In this document: positions 1-9,379 of the stretch, one piece after another
Layout of the letters: every line of letters starts with the position of its first letter
How positions within the stretch are numbered: position 1 is the stretch's first letter
Origin: Myxococcota bacterium
GTDB lineage: Bacteria; Myxococcota_A; Polyangia; Nannocystales; Nannocystaceae
Assembly (NCBI GenBank): GCA_039028615.1
Contig: JBCCHT010000001.1
Coordinates: 32,001 to 96,000, forward strand
Direction of reading: 5' to 3'
Length of the DNA: 64,000 nt
Notes under the pieces: model-generated
What the model saw: the letters and a program-made list of their open reading frames with translations, nothing else
Told to the model about the DNA's origin: nothing
The model's database searches: none
Made by a program: the position numbers and the translations under genes

Positions 1-203
1 TCTTCGGCGCGGGCGACGATGACGAGGCTGGGGTCGTTGAACGCCCAGACGTTGCACGTGGGGCAGTCGCAGTCGGGGGCGCCGAAGATGTCGGGGTCGC
101 CGGCGGCGCGCCATTCGTCTTCGAATTCGGGGGAGTCGGAGTCTTCGGCGCAGGCGGATAGGGGGAGGGTGATGGATAGGGTGAGAATGAGACGATGGAG
201 CAT
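1..203 (-). CDS. Lipoprotein, hypothetical (5' part only; runs off the window)
   Basis: Manual translation from ATG at 203: MLHRLILTLSITLPLSA-CAEDSDSPEFEDEW...DCDCPTCNVWAFNDPSL. Signal peptide with lipobox LSAC; open to the window edge; not in the ORF track. Confidence 0.7.
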   Translation of the reverse strand, partial: MLHRLILTLSITLPLSACAEDSDSPEFEDEWRAAGDPDIFGAPDCDCPTCNVWAFNDPSLVIVARAE

Positions 204-304
204 GGTGGGCGTTCCGGGTGTGGGCTGGGGGCGGGTAATTGGTATTTGGGGTGGTGGGGGGGAGAACTGACGGGGGGGTTGGCTGGTGGGCCGGATTGCG
301 GCTC

Positions 305-412
305 GGGGGAGTTGGGGTTCGATGAGCGGGGGGTCGAGCGGGAATGCGGCAGGGAGTGGGCTTCGATGAGCGGGGGGTCGAGCGGGAATGCAGCGGGGAG
401 TGAGCTTCGATG
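305..412. repeat. 44-bp tandem repeat (2 units plus a partial unit that merges into dispersed repeat copy A)
   Basis: TTCGATGAGCGGGGGGTCGAGCGGGAATGC starts at 318 and 362; TTCGATG recurs at 406 (period 44). Confidence 0.85.
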
Positions 413-579
413 GGGGCGCCTGTTCGCGGGATTCGGGTTCCGTCCGTGCTCAGACAGTGGTTTCACGCCTCGTGGCAGCGTACGTACGCGGGGGCAACCG
501 AGGACTCCGATTGGTTGTCGGCAGGCGCTACCAAAACTGCGCGCGCACGGAACCCGAACCCCACGAGCGGCGCGTCTTC
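401..579 (+). repeat. Dispersed structured repeat, copy A (subfamily 1)
   Basis: Core TGCTCAGACAGTGGTTTCACGCC...GCAGCGTACGTACGCG...AGGCGCTACCAAAACTGCGCG closed by stem TTCGGGTTCCGT/ACGGAACCCGAA; near-identical to 3696-3874 and to the reverse complement of 4580-4774. Confidence 0.92.
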
Positions 580-850
580 GCATTGGCGGGCTCGAGCGTT
601 TCGGAGATGGGCGGATGTTCCTCTGGGCGCGGTGCGGCGACTTCGATCCTTGCTCGTGGCGGCTCTTCGCATTGGCCGGGTGGAGCGTTTCGGAGATACG
701 CGAAGGTCCTTCCGGGTGCGGTGGGGTGACGTTGGTCCTCACCTGCGGCGCGTCTTTGCATGAGCGGGTGGAGCGTTTCGGGGATGCGCGGGTCCTCACC
801 TGCGGCGCGTCTTTGCATGAGCGGGTGGAGCGTTTCGGGGATGCGCGGGG
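567..850. repeat. ~57-bp hairpin-like repeat array (two perfect tandem copies plus two degenerate copies)
   Basis: 734-790 and 791-847 are identical (GGTCCTCACCTGCGGCGCGTCTTTGCATGAGCGGGTGGAGCGTTTCGGGGATGCGCG); degenerate units begin near 567 and 656. Confidence 0.85.
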
Positions 851-1160
851 GTCCCTCGGGGGGCGGTGGGGTCGAACCACGGGTGGACGGAACCTGGGCC
901 GAGGGGGCGGAGGTTTGGGGGTATGGGGTGGTGGGGTTGGGTTAGGTAGACACGGTTGTGTCGGTGATCAGTTTCGGGGACGTGCGACTATGAGGCGAAG
1001 AGGGCGATGTTGCGCGGGCCCTTTTGTGCCGGGATCGGAGTTGGTCTGGGGACACGTTTGCGAGCGTGTGGTGAGGGGGCCGTCGACGCGAGGTTGCCGA
1101 GTGCTGCTGCGTACTCGGTGGGCGTGCGGATTGGCGCTTGGGCGTCGTCGAGGATGGGCG

Positions 1161-3524
1161 TTAGTCGATGTGGGTGCGGTCGCCGACTTTGGTGAAGGTG
1201 AGTTCTTCGGCGGTGTCGGCCTGGGTGACGGTGAGGTGGGTGCCGTCGTAGTCGATTTGTGGGAGGGGGTCGCCGGCTCGGAAGGGGATGAGGGCGATGC
1301 GGAAGTCGGGGGCTACGGTCTGGGAGCGCTCGACGAGGAAGCGGCGGTGGGTGTGGGGGACGCCGGAGCTGGCGGTGAGGTCGGCGTCTTCGAGGGCGAT
1401 GGGGAGGGTGTCTCCGTCGGCGCTCAGCACTTCGACGAGCAGGCGGGGAGTGCCCGGGTCGGTGTCTTGCTCGTGGCGCAGGATGGCTCGCGTGGCGGTG
1501 GCGTCGGGCTCGAGGACCATGGTCAGCTGATTCCATGGGTAGGCGCCGCGCGTGTTGAAGATCCACTGATAGGTGTGGGGCTGGTCGTCCTTTTGGATGT
1601 CGTCGGCGATCACGACGAAGGGGTGCGGACCACGGACGAGGGCGACGGTGCGGTAGGCGAACAGGACGGGGTTGTAGTCGCGGGCGTCGACGGGTCCGGC
1701 GTGGTGCTCGGCGAGGTAGGCGGGGTCGTGCAGGAAATCTGCCCAGGTGAGGCCGGTGTCGGGCAATCGCTCTCCGCGGGGGCGGGCGAGGCTATAGGCC
1801 GCGGTGGCATCACCCGCCGCGACGAAGAGGTCTCCGTCGTCGCGAAGCTCGACGAGCTGCGCCGGCATCGGGGGCCACAGCTGAACCTCGTCGGTCGAGG
1901 TGCCCGACTGGCCGATGCCGTCGATCAACACCGTGCTGTGGAGGTCGTTGAACTCCATGTGGTAGCCGGGATCGAAGACCCAGCGGCGCCCGAGCGCGGC
2001 CATGGTGAAGCCGTTGCGATCGGCGTGGATGTGCCCGAGGTCCCACAGGTCGCTCCGGGCGTCGAAGTCGAGGCGTAGGGCGTCCGGGCCCCAGTCCGAG
2101 CGGGCGTATGCGTAGCCCTTGAGCGGGCTGTACAGGGTCAGCGGGAGCTCGAGCTCGGTCGCGATCGACTCCGGGCTCGGCGATACGGGCAATGGCTCGA
2201 CCCCGAACATCGCCTCCATCAACGGGATGCGATCCTGTCGGCCGTGGGCTCGATTCTCGCGCGTCACGTAGTCCGCGAGCGCGTCCTCCGGCCAGGCGTA
2301 CTTGATGATCGTGTAGAAGCTGCTCGCCCCGGTGCCGGTCGCCCACCCTCCCCCGTCGGCGTGGCCGAACACCTGCCCCTCGCCCCACGGCGCCATCTCT
2401 CGCAGCGCGTAGTGCAGCGAGCGATAAAAGTGCGTGGTCTCGAACAGGTTCACCCCTCGGCGGGCGGTGGCCAGCATCGACATCGCGCCCCAGTGCATGC
2501 CGAACGCGTAGTACGCCAGCCCCTCGTGCGGCATCCCGCTCGACGTGACCCCATACGCCGACGAGAAAAGGTCGAGCTTGTCCACGTTGCTCTCGTAGAC
2601 CTCCGGGTCGTAGCCCTCCTCCCCTTCGATGGCCAACGCCGCGATCACGATGTGGTCGTGATGAGTCCGCCAGTTCGTCGACACCGCGGCCGCCGACATG
2701 CCCACGCCGTACGCCTGGCGCCCGGTCGTCATCCGCGACAGCAGTCCCCGCACCGCAGCGCGATCGGCCGGTTCCATGTACGGGTGCAGGAAGTCGTAGG
2801 CCAACCCCAGGTCCGCGTTCGCGTCGTGTGCCAGAGCGTTCCCGAGGTCGGGCTCGTAGATCGCATCGTGAGCGGCCGCCACGGCCCCGAGTGCGCGCGC
2901 CAGCTCTACACCGCGGGCCTCGTCTTCCTCGATCAGCGCCACCCACCCGGCGGCTGCCAGCGCGCCGTACAGTCCCGCGGTTCCGGTGCCGTAGATCCCG
3001 ACATTGCCCGTGCCCAGCAGCTCGTCCGACGGCGCGTTCAAGCCTCCCACCAGGGCGAGCTGATAGGCGCCGCCGATCTCGCTGCTCGGATCATCGAGCG
3101 TCTCGCTCGAGCGCGCCCGCAGACGCTCCATGCCGACCCAAGCCACGCTTCCCTCGTCCTGCGCGGCGGCTCGGCGCTCGGGCAGATCCTCGGGGCTCAG
3201 CAAGATGCGCGGATGCACTCCGGGGGCCGGGACCTCGCTGAAGGGCCGGGTCCTCGGGGTCTCGAGGTTCTCGCCGTTGATCCAGACCCCGGAGGGCTCC
3301 TCCCCTCCCGTGGTGTCGCCCGTGTCGTCGGCGGTGCCGTCGAGTCCTTCTCCCGAGCTGCCTGTCTCGACCCCTGATGCGTCCGAGCCTGCGTGGCTGG
3401 TCGCGTCACCGGTCGGGGCCGTGTCCGTCTCGCCGGTTCCGGCCGAGCCTCCTCCTCCGCTTCCAGAGCAAGCGGTGCTGAGCCCGAGGATCAGGACGAC
3501 GACGGAACGCTCGATACCACCCAC
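1161..3524 (-). CDS. Heparinase II/III-family (polysaccharide lyase-like) lipoprotein
   Basis: 787 aa; lipobox LSTAC then S/G/T/D linker; HPRILL near the start of the helical domain; NW..H; C-terminal motifs GHIHADRNGF, DPGY and HSTVLIDGIGQ typical of heparinase II/III-like domains. Confidence 0.75.
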   Translation of the reverse strand: MGGIERSVVVLILGLSTACSGSGGGGSAGTGETDTAPTGDATSHAGSDASGVETGSSGEGLDGTADDTGDTTGGEEPSGVWINGENLETPRTRPFSEVPAPGVHPRILLSPEDLPERRAAAQDEGSVAWVGMERLRARSSETLDDPSSEIGGAYQLALVGGLNAPSDELLGTGNVGIYGTGTAGLYGALAAAGWVALIEEDEARGVELARALGAVAAAHDAIYEPDLGNALAHDANADLGLAYDFLHPYMEPADRAAVRGLLSRMTTGRQAYGVGMSAAAVSTNWRTHHDHIVIAALAIEGEEGYDPEVYESNVDKLDLFSSAYGVTSSGMPHEGLAYYAFGMHWGAMSMLATARRGVNLFETTHFYRSLHYALREMAPWGEGQVFGHADGGGWATGTGASSFYTIIKYAWPEDALADYVTRENRAHGRQDRIPLMEAMFGVEPLPVSPSPESIATELELPLTLYSPLKGYAYARSDWGPDALRLDFDARSDLWDLGHIHADRNGFTMAALGRRWVFDPGYHMEFNDLHSTVLIDGIGQSGTSTDEVQLWPPMPAQLVELRDDGDLFVAAGDATAAYSLARPRGERLPDTGLTWADFLHDPAYLAEHHAGPVDARDYNPVLFAYRTVALVRGPHPFVVIADDIQKDDQPHTYQWIFNTRGAYPWNQLTMVLEPDATATRAILRHEQDTDPGTPRLLVEVLSADGDTLPIALEDADLTASSGVPHTHRRFLVERSQTVAPDFRIALIPFRAGDPLPQIDYDGTHLTVTQADTAEELTFTKVGDRTHID

Positions 3525-3678
3525 AACGCGCGGAACGTATCACGCGGTCAGTGGGCGGAATCGGGGAGTTGTGCCCCGGTTTGGATGCGGGCAGCAACTG
3601 CGAACAACTCGTCGGGGTAACGGCGTGGCGGTGTTGGGTTGGGGGGGTGCAGCTGGTCGTTGGATGGGGGTTTGTTTC

Positions 3679-3874
3679 GAGGTTGGCGAGCGGATTGAGC
3701 TTCGATGGAGGCGCCTGTTCGCGGGATTCGGGTTCCGTCCGTGCTCAAACAGTGGTTTCACGCCCAGCGACAGCGTACGTACGCGGGGGCGATCGAGGAC
3801 TCCGAATGGGTGTGGGGAGGCGCTACCAAAACTGCGCGCGCACGGAACCCGAACCCCACGAGCGGCGCGTCTTC
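3679..3874 (+). repeat. Dispersed structured repeat, copy B (subfamily 1)
   Basis: Same core and closing stem as copy A; shares the extra 5' flank GAGGTTGGCGAGCGG with copy C. Confidence 0.92.
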
Positions 3875-3984
3875 CTCGAATGGGGCCGGGCCTTCGAAGT
3901 CGCGCTCTGCTGGAGCGTGGTTTGGAGGCGAAGAGCAGGACGCGGCTCTACGGCGGATTGGAGGGCCGGTTGGAGGGGCTGAGT

Positions 3985-4389
3985 CTATGGGTGGGGTGTG
4001 AATGCGGGTTGGCAGGTGCTGTCGTCCGGAGACGATTGCGCTGCGGATTCCGTGCTCGAAGGGAACGGTTGAGACTCTCGCGGGGCGAGGTCATCGAGTC
4101 CGGGTGCGGATGAGGGTGTTGTCGTGTCCAGCGGTGTTGCGCGTGTGGGGGCACTGGAGGGCGGCACATCGTCGGGGGCCGTGATTCGTTCGCCCGACAC
4201 GACCCCGACCGGAAGGGCCTCGATCCCGGTCGGCGCGCGTACGTCAGGGTGCCTTTTTCCCCGGCACGGCTGCGCCCACAAGATCGATCCAACAACCACA
4301 ACCGCCGACAGCGTGAGTTCGATGTCCAGGTTCAGAGGCCGGCTCGGCATCGGCACCCGCTCCCCCCGTGACCTCGTTTTTCGCCCCAT
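3985..4389 (-). CDS. Possible small membrane-anchored hypothetical protein between inverted repeat copies B and C
   Basis: 134-aa ORF with one hydrophobic segment (LTLSAVVVVGSILWA) and a Pro/Ser/Thr-rich tail; no recognisable family. Confidence 0.3.
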   Translation of the reverse strand: MGRKTRSRGERVPMPSRPLNLDIELTLSAVVVVGSILWAQPCRGKRHPDVRAPTGIEALPVGVVSGERITAPDDVPPSSAPTRATPLDTTTPSSAPGLDDLAPRESQPFPSSTESAAQSSPDDSTCQPAFTPHP

Positions 4390-4579
4390 GGCCCACGTCC
4401 GACCCGACCTCGCCCCACGCTATTCCACCCATCTGAAGACCCCCCGGTCCCCCCCTTCCAATCAACCCACCGCCTCGTCCTCCATCAGTCCCCCGTTGGA
4501 CATCTACAAAACGAACCATCGAGCGACAACAAAGCCCCACTCAATCGCAACGTCGAAAGCCCCGAGCCAGTCGAGCATC

Positions 4580-4774
4580 GAAGCGCCGCTCGTGGGGGTC
4601 GGGGTTCCGTGCGCGCGCAGTTTTGGTAGCGCCTCCCCACACCCACTCGGAGCCCTCGATCGCCCCCGCGCACGTACGCTGCCGCTGGGCGTGAAACCAC
4701 TGTTTGAGCACGGACGGAACCCCGACTCCCGCGAACAGGCGCCTCCATCGAAGCTCAACCCGCTCGCCAACCTC
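4580..4774 (-). repeat. Dispersed structured repeat, copy C (subfamily 1, inverted relative to B)
   Basis: Reverse complement of copy B with compensatory stem changes (GTCGGGGTTCCGT/ACGGAACCCCGAC); begins 8 nt after the stop codon of 4783-6225. Confidence 0.92.
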
Positions 4775-4782
4775 AGACAGAC

Positions 4783-6225
4783 TCACCGCTGCAACGAAGC
4801 CAACATCCGCACCCGAGCCGCCATCATCGCCACCGGCCCACTCGCCAACCCACAAAGCACCACCGCCACCACCGCCGGCCCCAACGCATCCACCGCCCGC
4901 ACCACCACCGGCAAGTGATCGATCGGATAGATATCCCCCCCAAGCGGATACCGAAACGCATCGATGACGAGGCAATAAAGCCCCCCCAACGCCAACCCAA
5001 ACACCGCCCCGACCAGGCCAGCAAACAACCCCACCGCCTCGAAGACCCAAAACACGAGCCCCCGAGCCCCCCCCATCGCCATCAACACCGCGATGCCGTG
5101 CTTCTTGCGTCGCACCAGCAACAACAAGCTGGCGATCAAAGAGGACGCCGCCACCACCACCATGAGCCCCAGCACCAGCGACAAGGTCGCCCGAATCTGC
5201 TGCAGCCCGATCAGCATGGGCGAGTTGGTCTCCCGCCAGGTGCTGAAGCGATAGATCTGGGGAAGCGAGGCCGCCATGTCATCGGCGACCGCTTCGGCCA
5301 GCTCGGGGTCGGTCAGCTCGAACTCGATCCCCGTCACCCGGGCTTCTTGGAAGAACAGCGCCTGCGCGGCCGAGATGTGCATGAGCGCGAGGTTGCGATC
5401 GAGCTCGCTGGTCCCCGTCTGCAGGGTGTCGAGCACCTCGAAGGGAGCATGGCGAGGCGGCCCGCCCTCGCCCCCGACTTCGGCGGGGACGACCACGCGC
5501 ACGATGGAACCGACCTCGGCCCGCAGCCGCGCGGCCAAGCCCTTGCCCAAGATGATGCCGGGCAGGTGCCGCGTATCCCCGGGGCGCAGGGCGTTGGGAT
5601 CGCCCCCGCCCAGGACGGAGGAAAAGCCCTCGAGGTCGGCGGCCCGCTTCGGATCGATGCCCTTGCCGATCACGATGGCGGGCGCGACGGGAGGCAGGTC
5701 TTGGTCGGCCTCGGCCTCCTGCTCCTCTTCGCTGAGCTCGTGCACCACCGCGACCATCGAGTAGGCGAAGGGCGAGGCCGCCGTGACCTCGGGGCGAGCG
5801 AGCCACTGGTCGGCGATGCGGTCGTACTCGAAGAAGTCGAGCCCGTACTTGGTGAGCAGGACGTGCCCGTTGAGCCGGGCGAGCGCGCGGGTGATCTCGA
5901 GCTGGAAGCCGGTGGTGACCGACAGTGCGGTCATGAGGCTGGAGCAGGCCAAGGCCACCCCGACCACGGACACCGCCATGGCGGGGTTGAACAGCCGCAG
6001 GCACATGCCCACGACCAAGAGCATGCTGGAGATGCCCAGGCCCGCGACGAGCACCAGCTGGTGCACGCCGAAGAGCATGGGGACGCCGCAGGCCAAGGCG
6101 ACGAGGAGCGAGCCGTAGAGCAGACGCTGGGCGCTGCGGCCCGGCGGGCGCTCGCGAAGCATCAAGCGTGCGGCGACCAAGCGCACCACGGGCCAGCGCG
6201 TCAGGCTTTTGCGCGGGCCGGCCAT
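4783..6225 (-). CDS. LolC/E-type (FtsX/MacB family) lipoprotein-releasing ABC permease
   Basis: SVTTGFQ..I, periplasmic domain (GIDP, GIILGKGLAARL, VTGIEF, TWRETN), C-terminal TM bundle with IAVLMAMG and IYPIDHLPV. Confidence 0.85.
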   Translation of the reverse strand: MAGPRKSLTRWPVVRLVAARLMLRERPPGRSAQRLLYGSLLVALACGVPMLFGVHQLVLVAGLGISSMLLVVGMCLRLFNPAMAVSVVGVALACSSLMTALSVTTGFQLEITRALARLNGHVLLTKYGLDFFEYDRIADQWLARPEVTAASPFAYSMVAVVHELSEEEQEAEADQDLPPVAPAIVIGKGIDPKRAADLEGFSSVLGGGDPNALRPGDTRHLPGIILGKGLAARLRAEVGSIVRVVVPAEVGGEGGPPRHAPFEVLDTLQTGTSELDRNLALMHISAAQALFFQEARVTGIEFELTDPELAEAVADDMAASLPQIYRFSTWRETNSPMLIGLQQIRATLSLVLGLMVVVAASSLIASLLLLVRRKKHGIAVLMAMGGARGLVFWVFEAVGLFAGLVGAVFGLALGGLYCLVIDAFRYPLGGDIYPIDHLPVVVRAVDALGPAVVAVVLCGLASGPVAMMAARVRMLASLQR

Positions 6226-6226
6226 C

Positions 6227-8086
6227 TCACTCGTAGCGAAGGCCCTCGACCGGCCGCAGCTTGGCCGCGCGCAGCGAGGGAGGAAGGGTGGCCACGAAGC
6301 TGATGCCCATGGTCAAGACCAGCACGGCGCCGATCTGCACGAGGCTCATCTCCACCGGGAGCTGCTCGATGAAGTAGACCTCGGGATCGAGGGTGTAGCC
6401 GTACAGCTCCACGAGCCAGCACAGCACCCAGCCGAACAAGACGCCGGCCACGCTGCCCACGGCACCGATGGTCATGCCGGCGAACTGGAAGATACGCGCC
6501 ACGCCGCCCTCGCTGGCCCCCATGGTGCTGAGGATGGCGATCTCGGGGGTGCGACGCACGACCATGGTCCACAGCGCGGCCAAGACGTTGAAGCCCGCCA
6601 CCGTGCTCACCAGGCTGAGGATGATGGTGAGGATCGACTTCTGGGTCCGAATGGACTGGAAGAGGTTGGCGTTGAGCGTCTGCCACTCGAGGATGGAGTA
6701 CTCCTCGCGGCCGATGGTGTGCCCCAGCGTCCGCTCGATGGCGGGCGCCTCGTAGGGATCCTCGAGGCGCATGTCGACGCCAGAGACGGTGTCCTTGCCC
6801 CGGTACTTGAAGTACTGGAGTTCCTTGATGTGCACGTAGACGAGGCGAGTGTCGTACTCCTGGAACCCGGCTCGGAACACGCCCGCGACGCGGTAGTGAC
6901 GGAACTCGGGCGCTTCGGTGGTATCGAAGGTCGCTCCCGGGTCCACGAGCATCACCACGTCGCCCCGCGACAGCTCGAGCTCGCGGGCGAGGGTGATGCC
7001 CACGAACATGGTGGGCAGATCGTCCGGGTCGGTGCTCTCGGCAGACTCTTTGCCGGTCAGCTCGAGCGGCCACTCGTCTTCATCGAGCGCGACGACGCGA
7101 CGTCGGCCGTACTTGAGGTGATCGGGCTGGGTCCGATACTCCCGCAGCGCCTCCTCGTACCACTTGGGACCGCGAGGATCGGGGGTCTCGGCCACGGCGG
7201 GCGGCAGGCGGTCGTCGTCGCGATCCTTGATGGGCTGAAGGACCAGCTCGCTGGTGAGGTCTTCGATCTGCACCGAGTCGTCCCCACCGCCCACGCGCAG
7301 GTGCGAGGTGAGGTCGATGACCTGGTCGGCGGTCTCGGGCTGGATGCCCTTGACCAGCACGCTGGCGCGGCGAATGTCGCCCTCGCGCTTGCCCTCGGGA
7401 TCGACGGGCGCGAGCGCCATCGCGTAGTAGACGAAGGGACTGGCCCCGACCACGCCGGGCAAGGTGCGGAGATAGGACTCGAAGCGACGGTACTCGGAGA
7501 TGCCGAAGGAGCGCGTCACGTTGATGTGGGCGTAGACCCCGAGCACGCGGCGCTCGAACTCGTGCTGAAAACCGGTGGCCACCGACTGCACGACGATGAG
7601 GGCCGCCACGCCGATGGCGATGCCCACGATGCTCAAGGTCGCGAACACGGCGAAGTGCCGCGCCAGCACGGCGACCATGATGGTGCCGGTCGACAACGCG
7701 ACGACCATGGCCACGGGGGCGGATCGCACTCCCATCGAGAGCGCAGCGATGCCGGCCAACGACAAGAGGAATGCGACGAGCACGACGCCGCCCACCCGCG
7801 GACGGGTTCCCGGTCTCCTCAAGATCCGAAGACCGGCGACGCGCTCGTAGCCGGAAAATCCGGTGATCACCCACCACACCACCAGGCCGAGGGCGGCGAG
7901 CAGGCCGACCCCGACGATGTAGACGACCCATGCGGGCGGGGCCGGGTACACCACCACCGAGGCCACCCAGGCCAAGGGTGCCAGGATGACCACCAGCGCC
8001 ATGGTGACCAGGACCCAGTGACCGCGAGGCTCGAAGGGACGAGCGGGGCGGAGCGCCACGGAACGCGTTTGCACGGGGTTGCTCAC
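6227..8086 (-). CDS. LolC/E-type lipoprotein-releasing ABC permease with N-terminal membrane extension
   Basis: LSIVGIAIGVAALIVVQSVATGFQ, EIAILSTMGAS, VYFIEQLPV and C-terminal RAAKLRPVEGLRYE. Start uncertain (GTG 8086; ORF track gives 8119). Confidence 0.88.
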   Translation of the reverse strand: MSNPVQTRSVALRPARPFEPRGHWVLVTMALVVILAPLAWVASVVVYPAPPAWVVYIVGVGLLAALGLVVWWVITGFSGYERVAGLRILRRPGTRPRVGGVVLVAFLLSLAGIAALSMGVRSAPVAMVVALSTGTIMVAVLARHFAVFATLSIVGIAIGVAALIVVQSVATGFQHEFERRVLGVYAHINVTRSFGISEYRRFESYLRTLPGVVGASPFVYYAMALAPVDPEGKREGDIRRASVLVKGIQPETADQVIDLTSHLRVGGGDDSVQIEDLTSELVLQPIKDRDDDRLPPAVAETPDPRGPKWYEEALREYRTQPDHLKYGRRRVVALDEDEWPLELTGKESAESTDPDDLPTMFVGITLARELELSRGDVVMLVDPGATFDTTEAPEFRHYRVAGVFRAGFQEYDTRLVYVHIKELQYFKYRGKDTVSGVDMRLEDPYEAPAIERTLGHTIGREEYSILEWQTLNANLFQSIRTQKSILTIILSLVSTVAGFNVLAALWTMVVRRTPEIAILSTMGASEGGVARIFQFAGMTIGAVGSVAGVLFGWVLCWLVELYGYTLDPEVYFIEQLPVEMSLVQIGAVLVLTMGISFVATLPPSLRAAKLRPVEGLRYE

Positions 8087-8380
8087 CAGGCCTTCACGAA
8101 TCGGGGCGGACCGTAGCAACGCCGCTCGACGTCGAGCAACGGCCTAAATGCCGAGCCACGGCGTATTTGTCCCCGGGTGACGTCATGGAAGTAGGGCCTT
8201 TGCTCCCGGTTCATGCGACGATGTACGGCACCGAGATTCGACCGGCGGGCTCGGCGGCGGTCCCTTCGCCAAAACCATCCGCAATCTTTAGCGATCTCGA
8301 TGAACGCTAGACATCCGAATCCTTGACACGCTACGTCGGCGCAAGATACGCTCCGCCGGCCGACCAAGCTCGGAGCCTGT

Positions 8381-9364
8381 ATGCATCGACGGTTAGTGCA
8401 TCTTCTGGCCTTCGCCGCCGTCGGGCTAGCGCTGTGGCCGACCACTGCCCAGGCGGGGAAATACGACCTCGACCTGACCCCTCTCGGCTCTTTGCAGCCG
8501 CAGGACGGAAATATCGTGATTGTCCAAGACAACGCGGCATTCCGAAGCCTGTCGTCCGAGTTGGGGGCCGTGATCGCGCCGCAACCCGTAGATCCAGCGG
8601 ATACGCTGGGCCTTTCCGGGTTTGCGCTGTCCGCCGACGTCTCCATCAACACGATCTCGGCCAGCCAGGACTACTGGCAGTCGACCACCGCTGGCGCAGA
8701 CACCGCGGTTCCATCGCTGCAGATCATGGGCCGCAAGGGCCTGTGGCCTGGCATCGAAGTCGGCGCCGGTGCGACGCATGTCTTCGACAGCCGCATGTGG
8801 GCGCTGACCGGCTACGGCAAGATCGCGTTCCACGAAGGCTTCCACCACCTCCCGATCCCGTCCATCGCGATCCGCGGCAGCTTCTCGAGGCTGCTGGGCG
8901 CCAAGGACTTCAACATGACCACGGCCGCCCCGGCCGTGACCATCTCGCACCTGTTCGGGCTCGGGAAGAGCTTCAGCCTCACGCCGTACCTCGGCTACGA
9001 GGCGCTGTTCATCATCTCCCGCTCGCAGGTGCTCAACGCGAACCCCTCGTGCGACGAGTTCCCCGACGCCTTCAACGAAGACGCGGCGGCCTGCGACGTC
9101 GACACCGGCATGACGGATCCCGATTCGGGCGATCCGGTCATCATCAACAAGCCGGCGAGCGAGTTCGTGTTCCAAAACGGCGGCGCAATCATTCGTCACC
9201 GACCCCACGTGGGTGTTCGTCTGATCTTCAGCGTCATCCGCCTCGGCTTCGAAGCGATGTTCGTTCCGGGCGGTAACTCCGAAGGCTCGATCAACGGCGA
9301 GACAGTCACCGACGGTTCTGGCCTCCAGCAGCAATACACCGTGTCGGTCGGTCTCGACTTCTAA
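8381..9364 (+). CDS. Secreted, probable outer-membrane beta-barrel protein
   Basis: Sec signal peptide (AQA cleavage), amphipathic beta-strands, C-terminal YTVSVGLDF ending in Phe (BAM signal). Confidence 0.7.
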   Translation: MHRRLVHLLAFAAVGLALWPTTAQAGKYDLDLTPLGSLQPQDGNIVIVQDNAAFRSLSSELGAVIAPQPVDPADTLGLSGFALSADVSINTISASQDYWQSTTAGADTAVPSLQIMGRKGLWPGIEVGAGATHVFDSRMWALTGYGKIAFHEGFHHLPIPSIAIRGSFSRLLGAKDFNMTTAAPAVTISHLFGLGKSFSLTPYLGYEALFIISRSQVLNANPSCDEFPDAFNEDAAACDVDTGMTDPDSGDPVIINKPASEFVFQNGGAIIRHRPHVGVRLIFSVIRLGFEAMFVPGGNSEGSINGETVTDGSGLQQQYTVSVGLDF

Positions 9365-9379
9365 CGGTTCTCATCCTCG

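Noticed and set aside
305..850. CRISPR array
   Set aside because: The units are directly abutting or irregularly spaced tandem copies without unique equal-length spacers, and there are no cas genes in the window.
195..2078. 627-aa plus-strand ORF, and the similar short ORFs over 388-945, 3551-4001, 4485-4770, 16924-17400 and 17804-18187
   Set aside because: These are translations of the non-coding repeats and of the antisense strand of real genes; their shared peptides simply reflect the DNA repeat.
401..3874. Integron cassette array with the repeats as attC sites
   Set aside because: No RYYYAAC/GTTRRRY ends, copies occur in both orientations, and no integrase is present.
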